Shown: in pieces, positions 9,201 to 24,500 of the stretch
Layout of the letters: the number at the start of each line of letters is the position of its first letter
How positions within the stretch are numbered: position 1 is the first letter of the stretch
Origin: Bigelowiella natans CCMP2755
Taxonomy: Eukaryota; Protista; Cercozoa
Direction: 5' to 3'
Assembly: GCA_000320545.1 (NCBI GenBank)
Contig: ADNK01000489.1
Location: 62,001-126,000, forward strand
DNA: 64,000 bases
Position numbers and translations under genes: made by a program
Notes under the pieces: model-generated
The model's input: only the letters and a program-made list of their open reading frames with translations
What the model was told of the DNA's origin: nothing
Databases searched by the model: none

Positions 9201-12200
9201 GTTTCACGTCGTCGTCGTTGTCGTCGTCCTTATCCTTTTCTTGGCCTTTTTTCTTCTCTTCAGCTTTATCCTTGCTAGATTCAAGATTCTTCTTCTCATA
9301 CGCCTTGTCCCTGGCGCGCTTGAACTCTTCCTGGCGAATGGCGCACATCCACCCGTATCGCTCGTCGTCATCTTTGGCTTTGACGACGTACCTACGACCA
9401 GGCTTCACTACATCACCAATTATGATCTTCGTGAAGATTTCAAACACCCCAGTTTGATCGCTCGGAGACAGGACGACTCTCCGCAACGGCATTATACCAT
9501 TAGGAGTCGTCGAGTCCTCCTTGGAATAGTAGGCAAGAATGAGATCCTTTTCTTTTGAGTGCTGTACTTGCAGGAGTTGGAAGTATCGCGTCCTGAACCC
9601 TTTGTCAGCCTTCACACCACCGCGTTTCGAAAGCCAGCCCTTCTTCAACGGTTTGGCGTCCCGCAGGAGCATGTTAGCAGATCGGCAAGCATCAATCAGA
9701 GCTGCCTTTTCGATTTTCTTTCCTTTGTCCACCAGGACCTCCAGTTGCGGGATGTGCTCCATGAATCGCTTTTGCTTCTTCAGCTTGATCAGGATGTCGG
9801 AGAATTCCTTCACCTCCAGACCAACCTCAGTCTTTGCCAAGGTAAAGTATTTCAAGAACCTATCTACGCCCCACGTCCAGATCCTTAGCTCTGGCGTCCG
9901 GATAATTTTGAGACCGATGATCTTAGCATCTTGGTGGGCTGTAAAGTGCTGGACGTGGTCCAGCTTCATACCCTCCTCCTGTTGTATGTATAGAGCTACG
10001 TTACCATCCGTTCTACTGACGAAAAAATATCGGATACTATGTGTCTTAGATCTTTTTGTCTCGTGTTTGTTGAGGGCAGTTAGAGAAGCCTTGAGGTCAT
10101 CTGTATTGTCCTTTGCCTTCACGTCAACGAGCTCCTGAATTGCTGTAGCCCCGGTGTAGATGCACTGTTCAAGCTTACCGGAGTCAACTTCCCATGCGCA
10201 GAGCTCGTTGGCGCCTCCAGTGTAAAGGACTGTGCCAGATGCACTTTCACTGAGGTGCATGCACAGAATAGGGGAAGTATGGCCCCCTTCTACCGCGATC
10301 CCCGCCTTGACAAGTAGGCGTCCGAAATTCGACTGTTCGCGAGCCACGTTTTCTTCCTCTATCTTGGCCTCTACTTGGTTATCCAAGGATTCCTCAATTT
10401 GTTTGAGCTGGGACTTCAGAACCTTCACCTCCTTCGTCTCTAAGGCTATTGGCATGTGGAGGCTGGTGAAATTAGTCTGCTTTTGGGTAAAGGTCCCATT
10501 TTCGTTGCGCTGCCAGTATTTCGATATGACGCGCCCAGAACGAGTTTTGATAAACTTGATCCATTCTCGTTTTCCCTGCTCAAGTCCCCTCTCGTACTTT
10601 TCATCTTTGGTCAGTCGATTGGCCTCCTTTTCGTCAATTTCGTGTTTAACCGGCTTGTGCATGAACAAGCAGATTTCATGCTTGTCTGGCACAAGAGGGT
10701 GGAAATACGCGATGAAGCTATCTTCCGAGTCCTTCAATTCTTCCGTAGTTTCAAGATCATCTAACCTGGATTCACGTTCCACAATTGCATAGTCGAGGTT
10801 GCCCGTTTTTTTTTCCCGGACCACCGCACTCAAGAAGTCCACCGAAGCAAGCCTGTCGCTTCGCTCCGTCTCATTTACCTTGAACGGGTATCCAAACGCA
10901 AGCTCATCCCCACGCTCTTTGCCCAAAGGAAACAAGAACTCTGAGGGATCTTCAAGTCTTTCAGACCAGACGAAAGTCTCCGGGTTAGGCTCTCCCATCA
11001 TAATATCAAAGTTGTGATACCCTTCGAAGGTGATATCATCGGTGCTGTATTCAATGCGATCGCCGTCGACTTGGATTACGAGCTGATACGAGCCTGCCTC
11101 CGCCTGGGTCAGATTCAAACTCACCTCGTACCTTGCCTTTCCGCCCGACTCGTCAGCAACGGCAAGCCCGCTCAGCATGCTACTGCGGTCGTCTTTCGTG
11201 TCGGAAATGCTGATGTAATCCAGGTCTTCGTATCCCTCCAGTTGGGGGCTCTTTTCCGCGTTTTCTTCGTGATCCATGGTGTCTTGCCTGAGCGCCTTTA
11301 CGCCTGTGCGCTTGAGCCTCAGGATGACCTCGTAGATAGCCCCCCTCGCGGGTGCTAAGATGTACACATCGTATTTTCTGCGAGTCACGGCCCGTTGTTT
11401 ATGCCACTCGTCATCAAATTGCAGGCTACCGCCAATGTCCAGCCATCTCGAGGCATCGAGCTGGTGGTCAACCTTCACGTTCCAAATGCCTGTCCTTCTC
11501 TGCTTGATTTTCTTTTGAGCCCATCCGTCGATGTACTGGCCCCAGTCGTCCGCGTCCCTGGGCTCCTTCTCTACGCGCTTCAGTGGCAGGCCATTGACTA
11601 GCAATCGGATGGTGTAATATCCCTGAGGGAGGTCCTGCGGTACAACGAATGAAACGGTAGCAGGATACGTAAGCCGGACACGGGGAACAGGGTCTTTCAC
11701 CGGATAAACCTTCGGTTTCCCCCAGAAAGAACGCGTGTGAGACACCAGCTCCACATCGACCAGCGTTCGTGCACTCGGAAGTTTGATGTTCCGGAACGTA
11801 TTACGTAATACGATTTTGTAAGTGATTCTATCGCCCTGGAACGTTTGGAAATAGACAGGAAAGATCTGATCGTCCTCATCACCGTCCTCATCCAGGTCGG
11901 GAATGGGCTTGTCAAAGAGACAGTCGAAAAATCCGACTTGTTCTTCTTCTATCTTGTCGTAATAGCGCAGCTCTCTAGGAATAGGCAGGAAGGAGGTGCC
12001 ATCGTCAGTGCATGGGTGGACTTCAACGCCTTCGACTCCAGACTTGTGCACCGAAACGTTAAACTTGAAGTCTTCCACAATCTTGGAGACCCCCGTCTGT
12101 AGGTTGGCCCAATCCGAGGTCGAGATTCGGTACGAGTTAGAGAAATTGAGGAGGAGCTTCTCCGTGATATAGGTGGTCGGATCCACGACACCTAGTCGCA

Positions 12201-12638
12201 CGACAAAGTCGCTGTCATCGTTGTCCAAAGCAGCTTTTTCAGATGTCTTGACAAGTATATCCAGCAACTCATCGCACAAATTCGCCGCGCAAATTCGTAG
12301 CTTCTCGAAGCCATACAAGTTCTTTGCATTGACAACCAGAAGCTTCTTGAATGCCTCGTGGACTCTTTTGTTATCCTGATCATCTTTCGATTTTTCGGCA
12401 TGATAGAACGCTACATACACCTTAGCGCCGCTGTTATGCGGCTTAATATCGAGAATCTGCACTTTGTCCATGTGGATATTGACCACAGATGCCAACTCAA
12501 CTTCCAGCTGTATCATAAATTGACGCCGTTCATAGGATCCATGCGGAAGACCTTTTTGCATAGTTAATTCAAAACTCATTGATACCCGCTGAGATACTAT
12601 TGCCAGTGCTAACTAGACAAATCTCCAAGCATGCCTTA

Positions 12639-12706
<68 letters not shown>

Positions 12707-15700
12707 CACATGCATCTGAATCATCGTCATCCATTACCCGAGACGTCAAAGTTGTCGAAAACCAGTTCCAGAAGCTGTTTCATATTGGCAGCTTTGAGGT
12801 CTGCACCTTCCATTGTGTGAAGAATGGCGCGTAGACGGCGGTCTGGTAGACTGCTGCCTCCGTAGCTTTTCTTTCCGCCTCTCTTGACGCCTTTTTTTAA
12901 GGCATCTGCCATGCTAGCAGATTCTCGGTTAATGAATCTATAACCGCCGCTTCCCAGAGTGCTTCCAGAATTAATCGTGGAGCCTCCGATCTCGGAAGCA
13001 CCTGAGTCCGTCTGCTGGCTCGCGACCGAAACCCCACTATAGAGTCTTCTATGCTGTGCTCGAGAAATCCCTACGCCGGTAGTACTCAATTGGTTCTTAG
13101 CGCGACGACTGCCCTCACGGAAATTAGAAGGCGATCCTGTGCCTTTCGAGTCACCAACAGCGGGAGAGAATGGAGTGCGCGGACTATTGCCATGTTGCGT
13201 ACGAGGTGAGACCCCCAGAAGTGATCGTGGAGATGAAATCGATCCTCGCCTTAGTGAGCTACCCCTTCGATGGTGCCTCCCTCCTCTCCCCCCGCCTGGA
13301 TGAAGACTGACGCCTATCTCGTCGCCAGCTCCGTGGACCTTGAGCTGGTCAATGATATTGCGGTCAACAGTGGACATCCTCCTGTTGCGCGTCTCCTTCT
13401 CGACGGGTATCTCGGTGATGGCTTTGGCAGCTTTCCAATTTATGTGGCACAACCACGTACCTTGCATCAGAACTAAATCATCCTCATCTCTCATCTTCAA
13501 GAGGATATCACGAGGAGGCTCCGCCACCGGAGCTTCGGTATTCTCTGCACTGAATGCCATGTTGGGATTCGAGAACATGACCAGCTTGAACGTTAGCTCG
13601 CTCAGTCGCGCCTTGAGACGCCGGAGTTGTCGGATCTCATTTGGGCGCGGCATGCGGTCGCGCTTCCCTCTGATAATTGTGTCCAATCGGTTGAACATGG
13701 AACGGTTGAAGGGACGCAACCATTGCACCATGTCCTTGATCAACTCCTCGATTTCTTTCAGGATTTCAAGAATAACCACTTGGAGCTGCACTTCGGGATC
13801 CTCCTTTTCTTCTTCCCCCATTAGTTTGTAAATCGAGGCACTGCGGAGCATTTTCGGCTTCTTTTTTTGAGCAGACTTACGAAGGTCTTTCCATGATTTT
13901 CTTCCTGTTTCTGCGAACACAAAAGATCATCCCTCAAACCATCACAGACGCATAGACGAAGTATACACTAGATTACATCGATGACATTTGTTTATTTGAC
14001 TATAAGGAAAAATTCGGTGCGTTGATAAAATTGATATGATGATGTACAGGTCCGCTCACCCATGAATCGGTTTAATTTCTCATTGAGAAGTGATCTCAAG
14101 ATGTGGACTCTTCCCTTAATAGCTTCTTCCACTGAAACAGCGAGCCAGAAGTCATACCTGTAAAATGATGGATTCGTGAACTTTTCCCTCATACATATCG
14201 ATCAATTTCGTTTTGTTCATAGCAGATACTCTCGAGCTTTTTACACGTGTGGGACGGAGGAAGATCATATTGTTAGTACTTACAATTTAACTCTGGCCTC
14301 TTCAAGCTTGGCGCTGAATGTACTGTGTTGTGACAACAACGTCGGGATTTCCATACGAGGGATCATTTCGCTTGTAGCCTTGAGCGTGACCTTGATGACA
14401 GTAAAGACGAACTTTGACAGAAGAAGCTGCTGAAATTTTTGGGTCTCCTTGGAAAACACATCGTTTGGCTCACAGATAATCATCCTGAGACAGTTGAACT
14501 CCGGGTTCTCATCGAGATTATCTTCCTCTGAGCCTTTCCCCCTGAAACTTTTTATCATCTTGTCCAGGTCTTGTTGAGAAAGGTTGTCATCACCTTTCTT
14601 CTTTAGTCGTTTACCTGCTTTCTGCTTGTTGTCAAACGCAGGTTTCAGTTCGTCCTTCAGCTCGTCCTCTCCAATCTCTTCTGTGACCCTTTCTAGCTCT
14701 CCTTTCTCTCGAAAATGCTTCAAATCGTCCAATTCCACAGCGTTTTTATCTTCAGGATTGTCATTCTTGGGTTGTCGCGTCTTCCGCGCCTCTCGCCTCG
14801 GACGCGAAGGAGCATTTCGTGGAATATGTTGTAGGAAATCTTTGCTCTCCCTCATATGTAGGAAATCATCTTCCTCGTCAAAGTTCAGTTTACCTTGAGA
14901 TTTGATGAGGTAATTCTGGAAACTCAACATTGCTTCCGGCGAAAGACCGCGCATCATGCTACTCATAATTGACATATCGCCCTCATCATGATCAGTTTCT
15001 TTCAGGAGCTCGTATGCACGTCGCACCTCGAGTGACCTTTGATGCTTTTTGATGATAGCAAACTTGTAGCGCTTTGACAGCTCCTTTGCAAAGACCAAAA
15101 ATCCGAAGCACGCCACGGCGAATAGAAGCGCAAGAGCTAATGATTGGAGGGCTAACTGCCAGATGTCCACGAGATAGTTGTCGAACTGATCCATCGAGAA
15201 CGACATTCCCACAAAAGTGACCACTAGCAAAGAGGCAAGAGACAGCTGCTCAAGAAGGTCGTTGTCGGCATCTTTATACGGATGGCCGGTGATGTCCATG
15301 AGGAGGCATGTTACCAGAGTAATCATGCAGAGAAAGGCCTGGAACACGCCCTTCTCCACGTACAGGGACGCAATTACCAAAATGATCGAACGAAAGATGT
15401 ACACAAGGAAATACCTTCGCTGCCCCTCCCGGAAGCGCTTGTAGAACGCCCCGGAGTACCACTTTGAGTACGTGCCCTTTGGCTCCGTCGTCATAAGAAG
15501 GAAAATCGGTAAGAACATAAGGAACCCAGACAAGATCATGACGGTCACCACAGCAACATGGTAGTCGTAACCGTAGTCATTGTAGTTGAAACAATGTTGA
15601 TTCATTCGCACAAGCTGAGAGGCATTACCATCAGGTTGGTCCTGGCAGGCCCAAAGACTGAAGAAGGATCTCCAGAGATATGTCGAGTCCAGGACAAGGA

Positions 15701-18470
15701 TCAGAAGGATAGTGTTTGCCATTCTCTCTGCATGCTTGTAACGCACCTCGGCTCTTAGGGTTATCTGTTCTTGGAGAAACTCCGCCTTATTCTGCTCACT
15801 TGCAAATTTGACATCCTTCACATCCATGGCCTTTGATGGACTGGCGGGGTTGCTCTTTTTTGATGGACTGGCGGGATTGCTCTTTTTTGATGGGGTTAGA
15901 GCATTCTTTGCCGATGGGGTGATGGGATTCTTCTGTTCCTTACTCGAGGGGCTGAACACCTTGTTGGATTTCCCTTTAATTGGACTCCTATCCATGGGAG
16001 TCTTGTCGCCCATGTCGCCCAGCTCCCTTTCCTCTGTAATGTTTTTCGCTATGCCACGGAGAATCCGATTTTCAAGTTTTTCTCTTCCCAAGAACCCAAA
16101 TTGAATGCATTTCCACAGCTTTGAGAACATGTACAGCCCAAGGACGAATGCGATCTGCAGCCAGGGCGTGAGGAGCTGTCCTGAATACGCGACAGGAAAG
16201 CTGTACCCAGCGAGGTCTCCAAATTGGCACTCGACCGCGGCGGTCTCAAGCCAGTTTGGATAGAACAGGATGGGAAGGAAGAAATTGATCGCTGGCATAG
16301 CATTTGTGTACGATTCGGGCCAGTCGAGACGGAATTGAGCAATGATGAAAGCTAGCTGGAAGAAGTTTGCCATTACGCCTAAGGAGGCAACTTTCGACAT
16401 GAGATCCACACGGTAGTAAATCAGTGCGATCAAACCAAAGTGAAAGATAGCCTGCAACAGTAGCTCGGGGTTTGAAAGGTAGTGCCCCCCGAAACACTCG
16501 AAGCAGCGGTTCCCAACATGGTAGTAGCCAGTTTCACACTGACCGCATAAATATCCTGCATATCCAGCAGCACACGAGCTGTTCGAGCCTCCAGGACACG
16601 ATGATATGGGATAACACAGTTTAATCAGATCCAAGATCTCAGGATCACGGAAGTGGCCGCGGTCAGGAATTGGGATCGTCCAACCCCCAGGACAATTCGC
16701 GTTGTCAGGACAAGCCTTGCAGGCAGTGACGGCGTTTGGGTAGTCGATTTTGTAGTAACCGTTGAGGCACAAACAATGCAGTAGCGATGTTGAGGAGGTA
16801 AACTGGGTCTGTGACTTGTCCATGCATGACAAACATGTCGTGCTTTGGTTGGAGGGCTGATATTCTGTGAGGCTACAGGATACGCATGAGTCGCGAGTGG
16901 GCTCGTTGGATCGGAATCCAGCATCGCACACCTCACACGGCGACTGATAGTCCGCAGTCACCCAACCTGGGTCACAGTTCTCGTATTCATAGTATTGGTC
17001 CACACCAGCATCAGTGCCGTAGTAAGTGACCTTGTTGATGGAGATCCTCACGGTCACGTTGCCGAAGGGATGGGATGGGGCGGTACATGAGACGTTGCAA
17101 TTGGAGACACATTGCTGGTTGTCCAGCGACGAGTCCCAGAATCCGAAGACCGTTTGGTCGCCGAAGCTGCACTTAACTGATCTGGTCCTGTAAAAAATGT
17201 TCCTTGCTGTGACAACAACCGACTCTGAGCTAGACTGTCCGATCATCTTTCCAACTTTGGGTCCAAACCACTGAATCGAGGGCGTGTCGTGGAAGAAGAA
17301 CTGTTCCAGTGTAAGATCGTACGCCGATGTATATACCTGGCCGTTGAGGGTGAGATCCAGGTTTGTGGTGATGAAACCGGTCACGTTGAGATAGGACAAG
17401 TCGGGGGTTGTCGTGTCGATGTTGTTGCCGTTGAGCGTTCCCACCGTTGTAAGGTAAGATCCGGTGTACTCGCCTGTCTGGATAGTCCAGCGCACTCGAA
17501 TCTTGTCTAAATCGAGGGGGCTTCCTGTGGCGAACTCGTTGTCTAAACCGGTGATGGATACCGATATCCCACCGGTTTTTACCGCGATGTCCGGGGATGA
17601 ACCCCTGATCTCAATATACGGTTTGTACACTGTCCACGTGGCTTCTTTCGAAACGTCGAGTCCGTTTGGCTTGAGCTTCATTGCGTAGCTGCCTTCATTG
17701 CAGCCGCTGTCCAGGACCGTAGCTGATAGCTCAATCTCTTTAGACGCAATGAACTGAACGTCTAACAGCGTGTATGCCGGGTGTGAACTAATAATGTCTG
17801 GGAGATAGGTCACTGCGCCTGCTACCGTGCGATTTGCCATTGTAATGAGTGAGCTCGCGTACGGGAGTACTCTGTGCGTAAAAGACGCGTTGGTAGAACC
17901 CAAGGTAGCCGTAGGCGGGGCTGAGATGAACGGTCGCGTTTTTCGCTCAAGCTTGAGGATGAGATCGGACGAGGTATTGTAGGGAATAGGAGCGGCGAGG
18001 AACAGCGTGACATAACCGTCAAGATTTTCCTGAGGAATCAGGGCGGGGCCATACACCTTAGTGAAAGAGCTGCTTGGGAGGGCTGATACGAAACCGGTCG
18101 CAGAGTAGCTCCCGGTGGCCACCAGCGCGTATGAAAGCTGCACGTCGAACAACGAAAACGTGGCGTTTTCCTTCACTTTAAGGACGACTTCCGTGAAGTT
18201 AGCCTCCGTCTCTCCCGGCTGCAGCTGGAACTGTGCCTCGATGAACATTGAGGAAGTGTACAGACCCTGATATTCAAGGTACGTTGCGGTGTCGTCGAGG
18301 AGACTCGAGCGAGTCGCATACACGCCTTGGTTCTCGTTGGGAGAGTAGGAAACTACAGTGGCCGATCCGCCTATCTCAGCACCTGAAATATCGGTTTTAG
18401 TACATAAATGGCAACAGAGATATCAGGACCAATATAAACAGCAATCATGAAGGCTTTCGAAAAGAATGAT

Positions 18471-18516
<46 letters not shown>

Positions 18517-21500
18517 GGGGAGAGAGTCAATACATTAATTTAATATAACAAATGTGTACACACGCGAGAGTGCACGCTTGTGTGGTTATTGATTTCCAGC
18601 GATCTGCATAGACATGGCAAACAAATGCGCATTGTAAATACCAGATGAATCGCACGTTCCAACGACAGTCCCTGAGGTCTTGGTGAAGTTGAACGAAGGC
18701 GTAAGCAAGGTCGACATGCTGTTACCTCGAAAGCGAACTTTAGTTCCCGGCGATAAAGATGAAGGCCGTGCATTTCCTCCGTTGGGGAAGTGGACCCAGT
18801 CAGAGTCATTGTAGTAGTAGAACTGTATCGCCTCCGTAGTTGTCGCGTTCAGCGGTGCAAAGCTTGGTGATGTTCGCAGAAGATTGGCTTCTGCGGCTGT
18901 ATGACCGTTCGAATCTAAAGTCTGGTTGCCGAGGAACGACAGCATCACTGGCAAAGTCGTGGGCTCAGTTGCTGCCGGCGCCGTGAACGTGATCGAAACG
19001 TCCGTTTTCGTGGATGTACTAGCTGACAGCGTAAAGTTGCCCTCTGACTTTATGACCCTGTCCCCTATATGAAGGTAGCAGGGCGTCAAACCATAAGAGA
19101 ACTGTGCCGAAATGAGGCTGCTCGCACTGCTGAACCCCATGCCACTGATTGTCGCCGTTACCGTAATGGTAGACCCCCCTGCTAACGGCGCGGACTTTGG
19201 GGATACGTCGAATGTCACATCGAAGAAACTCAGGCTCTTTCCAAGTAAATATTCTGCACCATTGACACTAACCAAGAGAGAGCGGCTGCCCAGCCCTGCA
19301 TCCTTGACGCTTGATCCCAGCAATGGTGTTGAGGGCGCCGTGCACTCAAGCTGGGAGGTAGAGATGAAGGAACAAGGGGACTCAATGTAGTAGTTCGTGA
19401 ATATCATTCGGATCAACGACGACCCGGTGTCGACGAAGCCAGTCCCATTGATGAAGATGGAATTGGAAAGATTACCAAAACCTGTCCATCCGTTGCGTAG
19501 AACATACGTGGTTGATGTGTCCGAGTCAAGGCCAGAGATGGAACTCACGTTCCACAAGGCAGCTTGGAACTCCGTCTGATTCGTCAGGGCTTTAGTGAAG
19601 GAGTCGGTGGTAGTAGACAGGCTCATATGCAGGCTCCTCGCGGCTCCCACCGAAACGGGAATGTTGAGGCCATCGGACTTGAGGGACATGCGCCATAGCT
19701 TCATATTTTCGGCCAAGTAGCTGGACGATAGCTGCGGCACTGTGGGTGTGACTTCCGCAAACTTGCGGATTCCTACCCACTCTGCTCCGGGAAAGTAACT
19801 CCACCCATCTGCAGCGATCTGGAACTCCTGAGAGCTGGACCCATTACAAGCTGCGAGATAGTATTCAGCAACAGACGCGTTTCGTGTTAGGCAGCCACTT
19901 GGGCCTTCCAGTGTGTAGGTAGTGCCGCCACCGGTATACTTGAACTCATGTAGTTCGCCCCCTTGGACATTCTGAATGCTTGAGCCGCTCCGTTTCCATT
20001 TCTGAGAAGAAGCCCCTGTGCAGGTAGAGAATTCGAATATATTGGATTGAAGGGTGAGGCACAGTTCTGACGTGTCGACGAGATAGAACTCTCCAAGGTT
20101 TGCACCATAGCTAGTGCCAGCAATGGCTTTGGAGCTTATCGCTTTGCTTTGTGAATCGGTGAAGGATATTGAGGGTGTTGGTGTGGGTGATGATCCTGCG
20201 AAAAAGTAGATCGGCGTGTTGCTGCTTCCGCTAAAGCGCGTTGACGCGAAGGTCCTTTCGTACGCTGTCGCGCTTTCACGGACGAACGAACCACCCGACC
20301 AGGCGCAATCGTGCAGCCTAAAGGTAAAATTGCCCGCTGTTTTGGTTAGAGTCACGCGGCGGCTCTCCCCGTGGATTGTGCAGCTGGATAGCGAAATACT
20401 CTCGGCGACGATGGGGGAATTCGCAGTCACATGCTTGAGTTCTCCAAAATTGTTGATGACAAAGCCTTCATATGGAAGGCCGGAGTTGACATCAACGCCC
20501 GCATCCTCTGAGCCAAGGAAAACAGCGTTTGGATCTTCAGAAAAGTAGAAAACGTTGCCGGCTCGTGTTGGAAATTCCCAGAATCGAACAGCCTCAGAGC
20601 TGTTAGAGCCGGGGAATGCCGAAGAGTTGTAGAAGGGTGATTCTGCCACTGGCTGGAAGGGAGCAAGACCCAGCTCGACAATAAAGCTTTCATTCGTGTA
20701 CAGCTCTGGTGTAATGTTGACTCTAGGCGCTTGTTGGAAGCGAGCCGACCCCTTGAAGCTACGATATCCAGAGGCCGTGTCTGTGATGACCTGGAACGAG
20801 GATCCAGTGGTCGTGCTGAAGTTCCACTTTGTGGCATCGAAAGTGAGGCCCATATCATCGTAGAAGCTGAACACCATCCCAGCATCAAAGTATGTCGTAG
20901 CTGCTGCACCTCCTGTCTCCATGTAGATGGTTTTTAGCGAGTTCGCAGCGATTAGGGGAACCTTAACCCACACCCTGGCCACCGAAGAGTTGTGCATCGA
21001 GGGATCAGCAAACCAGTACAACTCAGTCTGGATGTCGGAGTCGTAGAACGCCAGCTGTTTGTAGTTTGTGAGGGCTTGTATGCTCGCAAGGTAAGTCACG
21101 TTCACAGTCAGCTCCAGCTGAAAATCGGTAAGAGCTTCACTCCCAGATCCAGTGTGATCAATTTCAATCGGGATAAAGTCTGTGACATCGACAGTCGAGG
21201 ACGATTCTAAGCTGAAGTATGGCTTGCTACCATTCCCAGGGAGGGCGCGCACGTTGAAGTCAGCGCGCTTCGTGAATACATCAAGACCGGTCTCAAACAG
21301 TTGCGACACGTTCAATACGGAATCCAACTCAGACACCGCGGTGTAGGTTGTGTAGGTGGGTTCGGCCGGACGGTAAGCCGGAAAATTATCGTCGTAAAAG
21401 AAGTATGCTCCAGCCTCCTGGTAGCCAATATTTCCTCCATTGTCGTCGGGGTTGTCCGTAGAGACGCCCACTGCATACGTGCCATGACCGGTGGCAAATG

Positions 21501-24500
21501 GAAGGAACGTGCATTTGATGGTATTGTTGGTTGTGCGTAGGGTGCTGTCGACGTAGCTGCACTCCGACGTCCCCGACTCATTTCCAAGGCGCATGCGCGC
21601 AAAAACACGCGATGTGTTCGTGAAGAACCGCCCGGTAAGAGTGACATTCGTCTCCGCTCTAAAGAATCCGATCTGAGGTGTAACCGACCGTACAGACGCT
21701 GGAAAGTAGTAAAGGAAATTGGCTTGCAAGGCCGAGTCACTGGTATAGTCCTGCCCGTTAAGGGCAACTGTGATATTAGCGTACACACTAGGCTCTGTTT
21801 TGTAGTCTGAGCCGCGTGCGACGGAGGGCAAGGCAGGAGTCTCACAGACAATCGTTGTCGAGGACACAAAGCGGGCAGCGGCTGTCACAGCTTCGAACGC
21901 TGTGTCAGAAGCGTCAGCCTGTCGCATCCGCACCGTGATGTAGTCGCTGTTGAGGAAGCCCTGTCCGGTGATCGTGATTGTCGTATTTCCGTGCATGGGA
22001 CCAAACTCTGGACTCACAGTCCTCGTAAGATTTGGAAGATTGAAGGCTGTGAAGTTAAGCGAAGAGCTTGTATATTGTTCTCCATTGAGTGCGATTTGGA
22101 GCTTAATTGTCTCACTGGACTCCGAGTAACTAGGCTGTACGCATTGCAGCACAACCCCGGAACTAGCTTCGGTATTGCTTAAAAATGTCCCAAATGTTGT
22201 CCCTCCAGGAGTCCATTGACATTTTGCCAGGTTAGTAGAGTTGCTACCGCCGTAGGAATGATATGTCCTGATCAAGCCGTCGGCGGTGACGTTCACAAGC
22301 GCGCCACCCTCGACGAATCCAAGGTTAGGCGCGAAAGAGGTCACGTTGAGGTTCTGATAGTACAAGAACTTTGTGCTTCCCGTGCTGAAGTGTGCTAGCG
22401 AGGAGACATCTACAGCAGCAGAGACACCCAGGGCAGCACCCGTAGTAGCCGGTACAGACTCTGAGCTTTGCGCTGTGGACTTGCAGCGAACGAGTGTCTG
22501 GGAGAGGTAGTCACACGAAGCCACCTGATAGAGCCCGGTCACACTTGTGGGATGCTCCGTGTTGGGATCATACGCTCTTCCTCGCGCGTAGTTGATCTGA
22601 ACGTTCGAGTCCGTCATCGTGGAGCCATAAATGTTAAAGCTATGCAGCACGCCTAGGGAGGAGTGCATCCAAAGGACCTGGGATGGGGCCACGGACTGCC
22701 CAATGTTTCCCAAAGTCTGGCTTCCGACTTTTGTCAGGGCTACGCCATCCACGGTGACTTTCTCTCCATGCCACACGATGTGGTGCAATCCTAAACTGAG
22801 ACCACCAGCCTTCTCAAACACTTCCGTAGACGAGGACGATACAGATATGTTTAGCTGGAACCCTGCGCTCGAGCTGTTGCGCATCTTAATATACCATGGC
22901 AATGTTCGGACACCATTTCCGTCCGTAAGAGTCATAACATCCACCCAGCTGGAGCTGATGCTGCTGCCTAGATCGGCCCATATTTCGAGCGTGTATTCGG
23001 TGCCAATTTCAATGAGGGTGGCTGAAACGTTAAAGTTTACGCTTGCCCCTTGTGTGTCGGACAGATCTATCCATCCGAGGCCAGAGAGTGAAGCGTTAGA
23101 GATGGAACCATCCACCCCTCCCACACTATCTTGGGCTGTATTACCAATAGAGTTCATCATATATGAATGTCGCAAACGGGAACATATCCAATGGGTTGAC
23201 GATAGTACATACGCCGAGGGACATAAGTCGAAGTTGGAGACTTTTTGGCCTGTGACGATGTTGGCCTCCGCATTCAAAGATGTGCACGCGCTCGCGAGGA
23301 AGAATGTGCACTCACGGGTGGCATTGTGATACTTATAATAGTCGCAATTCCATGCGTTCTGACAGCTCGTCTGGCAGGCCCCCTGGTCTCCCACCACGCC
23401 AGCTGATGTACCACTCCCCGAACAAGACTGATTCACGGACGTTGTCCATGACACCATCGTCGTAACTGGGTCGGCAGCGACCGCAGTCACGTTCCCGAAG
23501 CGGACCTCCAGGCTCCCGGTGGGGAAGAAGAAGCCAGCAATATCCACTGATGTGTTTCCTCGTATCGGGCCGGATGCGCGTACTACAGAATCAACGCTGG
23601 GCACTGATACGACCGGTACCGCGAGTTGGAAGCCGACGGAAGTATGTCCAACCTTGACGATGAACGAGTATCCTGCTGCTCCGAAGGCTGCAGTTGAGTT
23701 TGAGGCGTCGTTCTTGAATGCTGAAGTAGATGGTATCTGGAAGACGAGCTTTCCGTTGATCAATTCTACACTGGAGCTACTGAAGACCGAGTTTGGGTAT
23801 GAGAGGCAAGCAAGAATATTTTTCACGTTTTGGCTAGTCAAGGCGCTTTGATTCCTCACAACCTAATATAATATAGTGTCCATTGCAACATTTCAGTGCA
23901 ACAGATTCTAATGATGTCAATATCAAGTTAAAATGTGGGACTATTAATGGTAACCAACCTGGACATCGGCATTAAGGTAGGTGCATCGTTCGGAGTCCCT
24001 CGTAAGGCTAATCTCGGGTGTGATACCCGTCGCCAGGAGAATGTTCGAGCCTGAGATGGCCACAGTCTCCCCACCTTCAGCAGAAATGTGCGTGATATTA
24101 ATTCCTGATATATTGAAGGCGTTCATTGTGACAGAGCCGCTAGACTGGCCGCCGACATTCACGATAACTGGATAGGCTCCGGGAGCCGGAAGCTCTGGCG
24201 AATAGCACGTTAAGTTGGTGTCTGCTGTGGTTTCTCCTTCCATGGCTGGAGTCGAGAAAAAGGAGGCAAACACGCAGGGCAAACCGCCCACGGTGATCTC
24301 CAAACCTGGAATTATGATGAACTTAGTGAGTGATGGTGATGCAGGACAGAAAGGTTCAGTAATGTGTTGTAGTGTGATTCCCACATACCGTTCTGGCCAT
24401 ATCTCCCTTCAAGGGACATCTCCAGCTCAGCAAAATTGAAACCGATGACGGTTAGGAGCGTGCCCCCCGACACATGGTCAGTGTCGGGTGTAACGGATAA

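Noticed and set aside
12640-12701. (CA)n(TA)n compound repeats as products of TA->CA conversion (also 39700, 51425)
   Set aside because: Both blocks are pure rather than TG/CA mosaics, and such compound microsatellites are common and explained by slippage.
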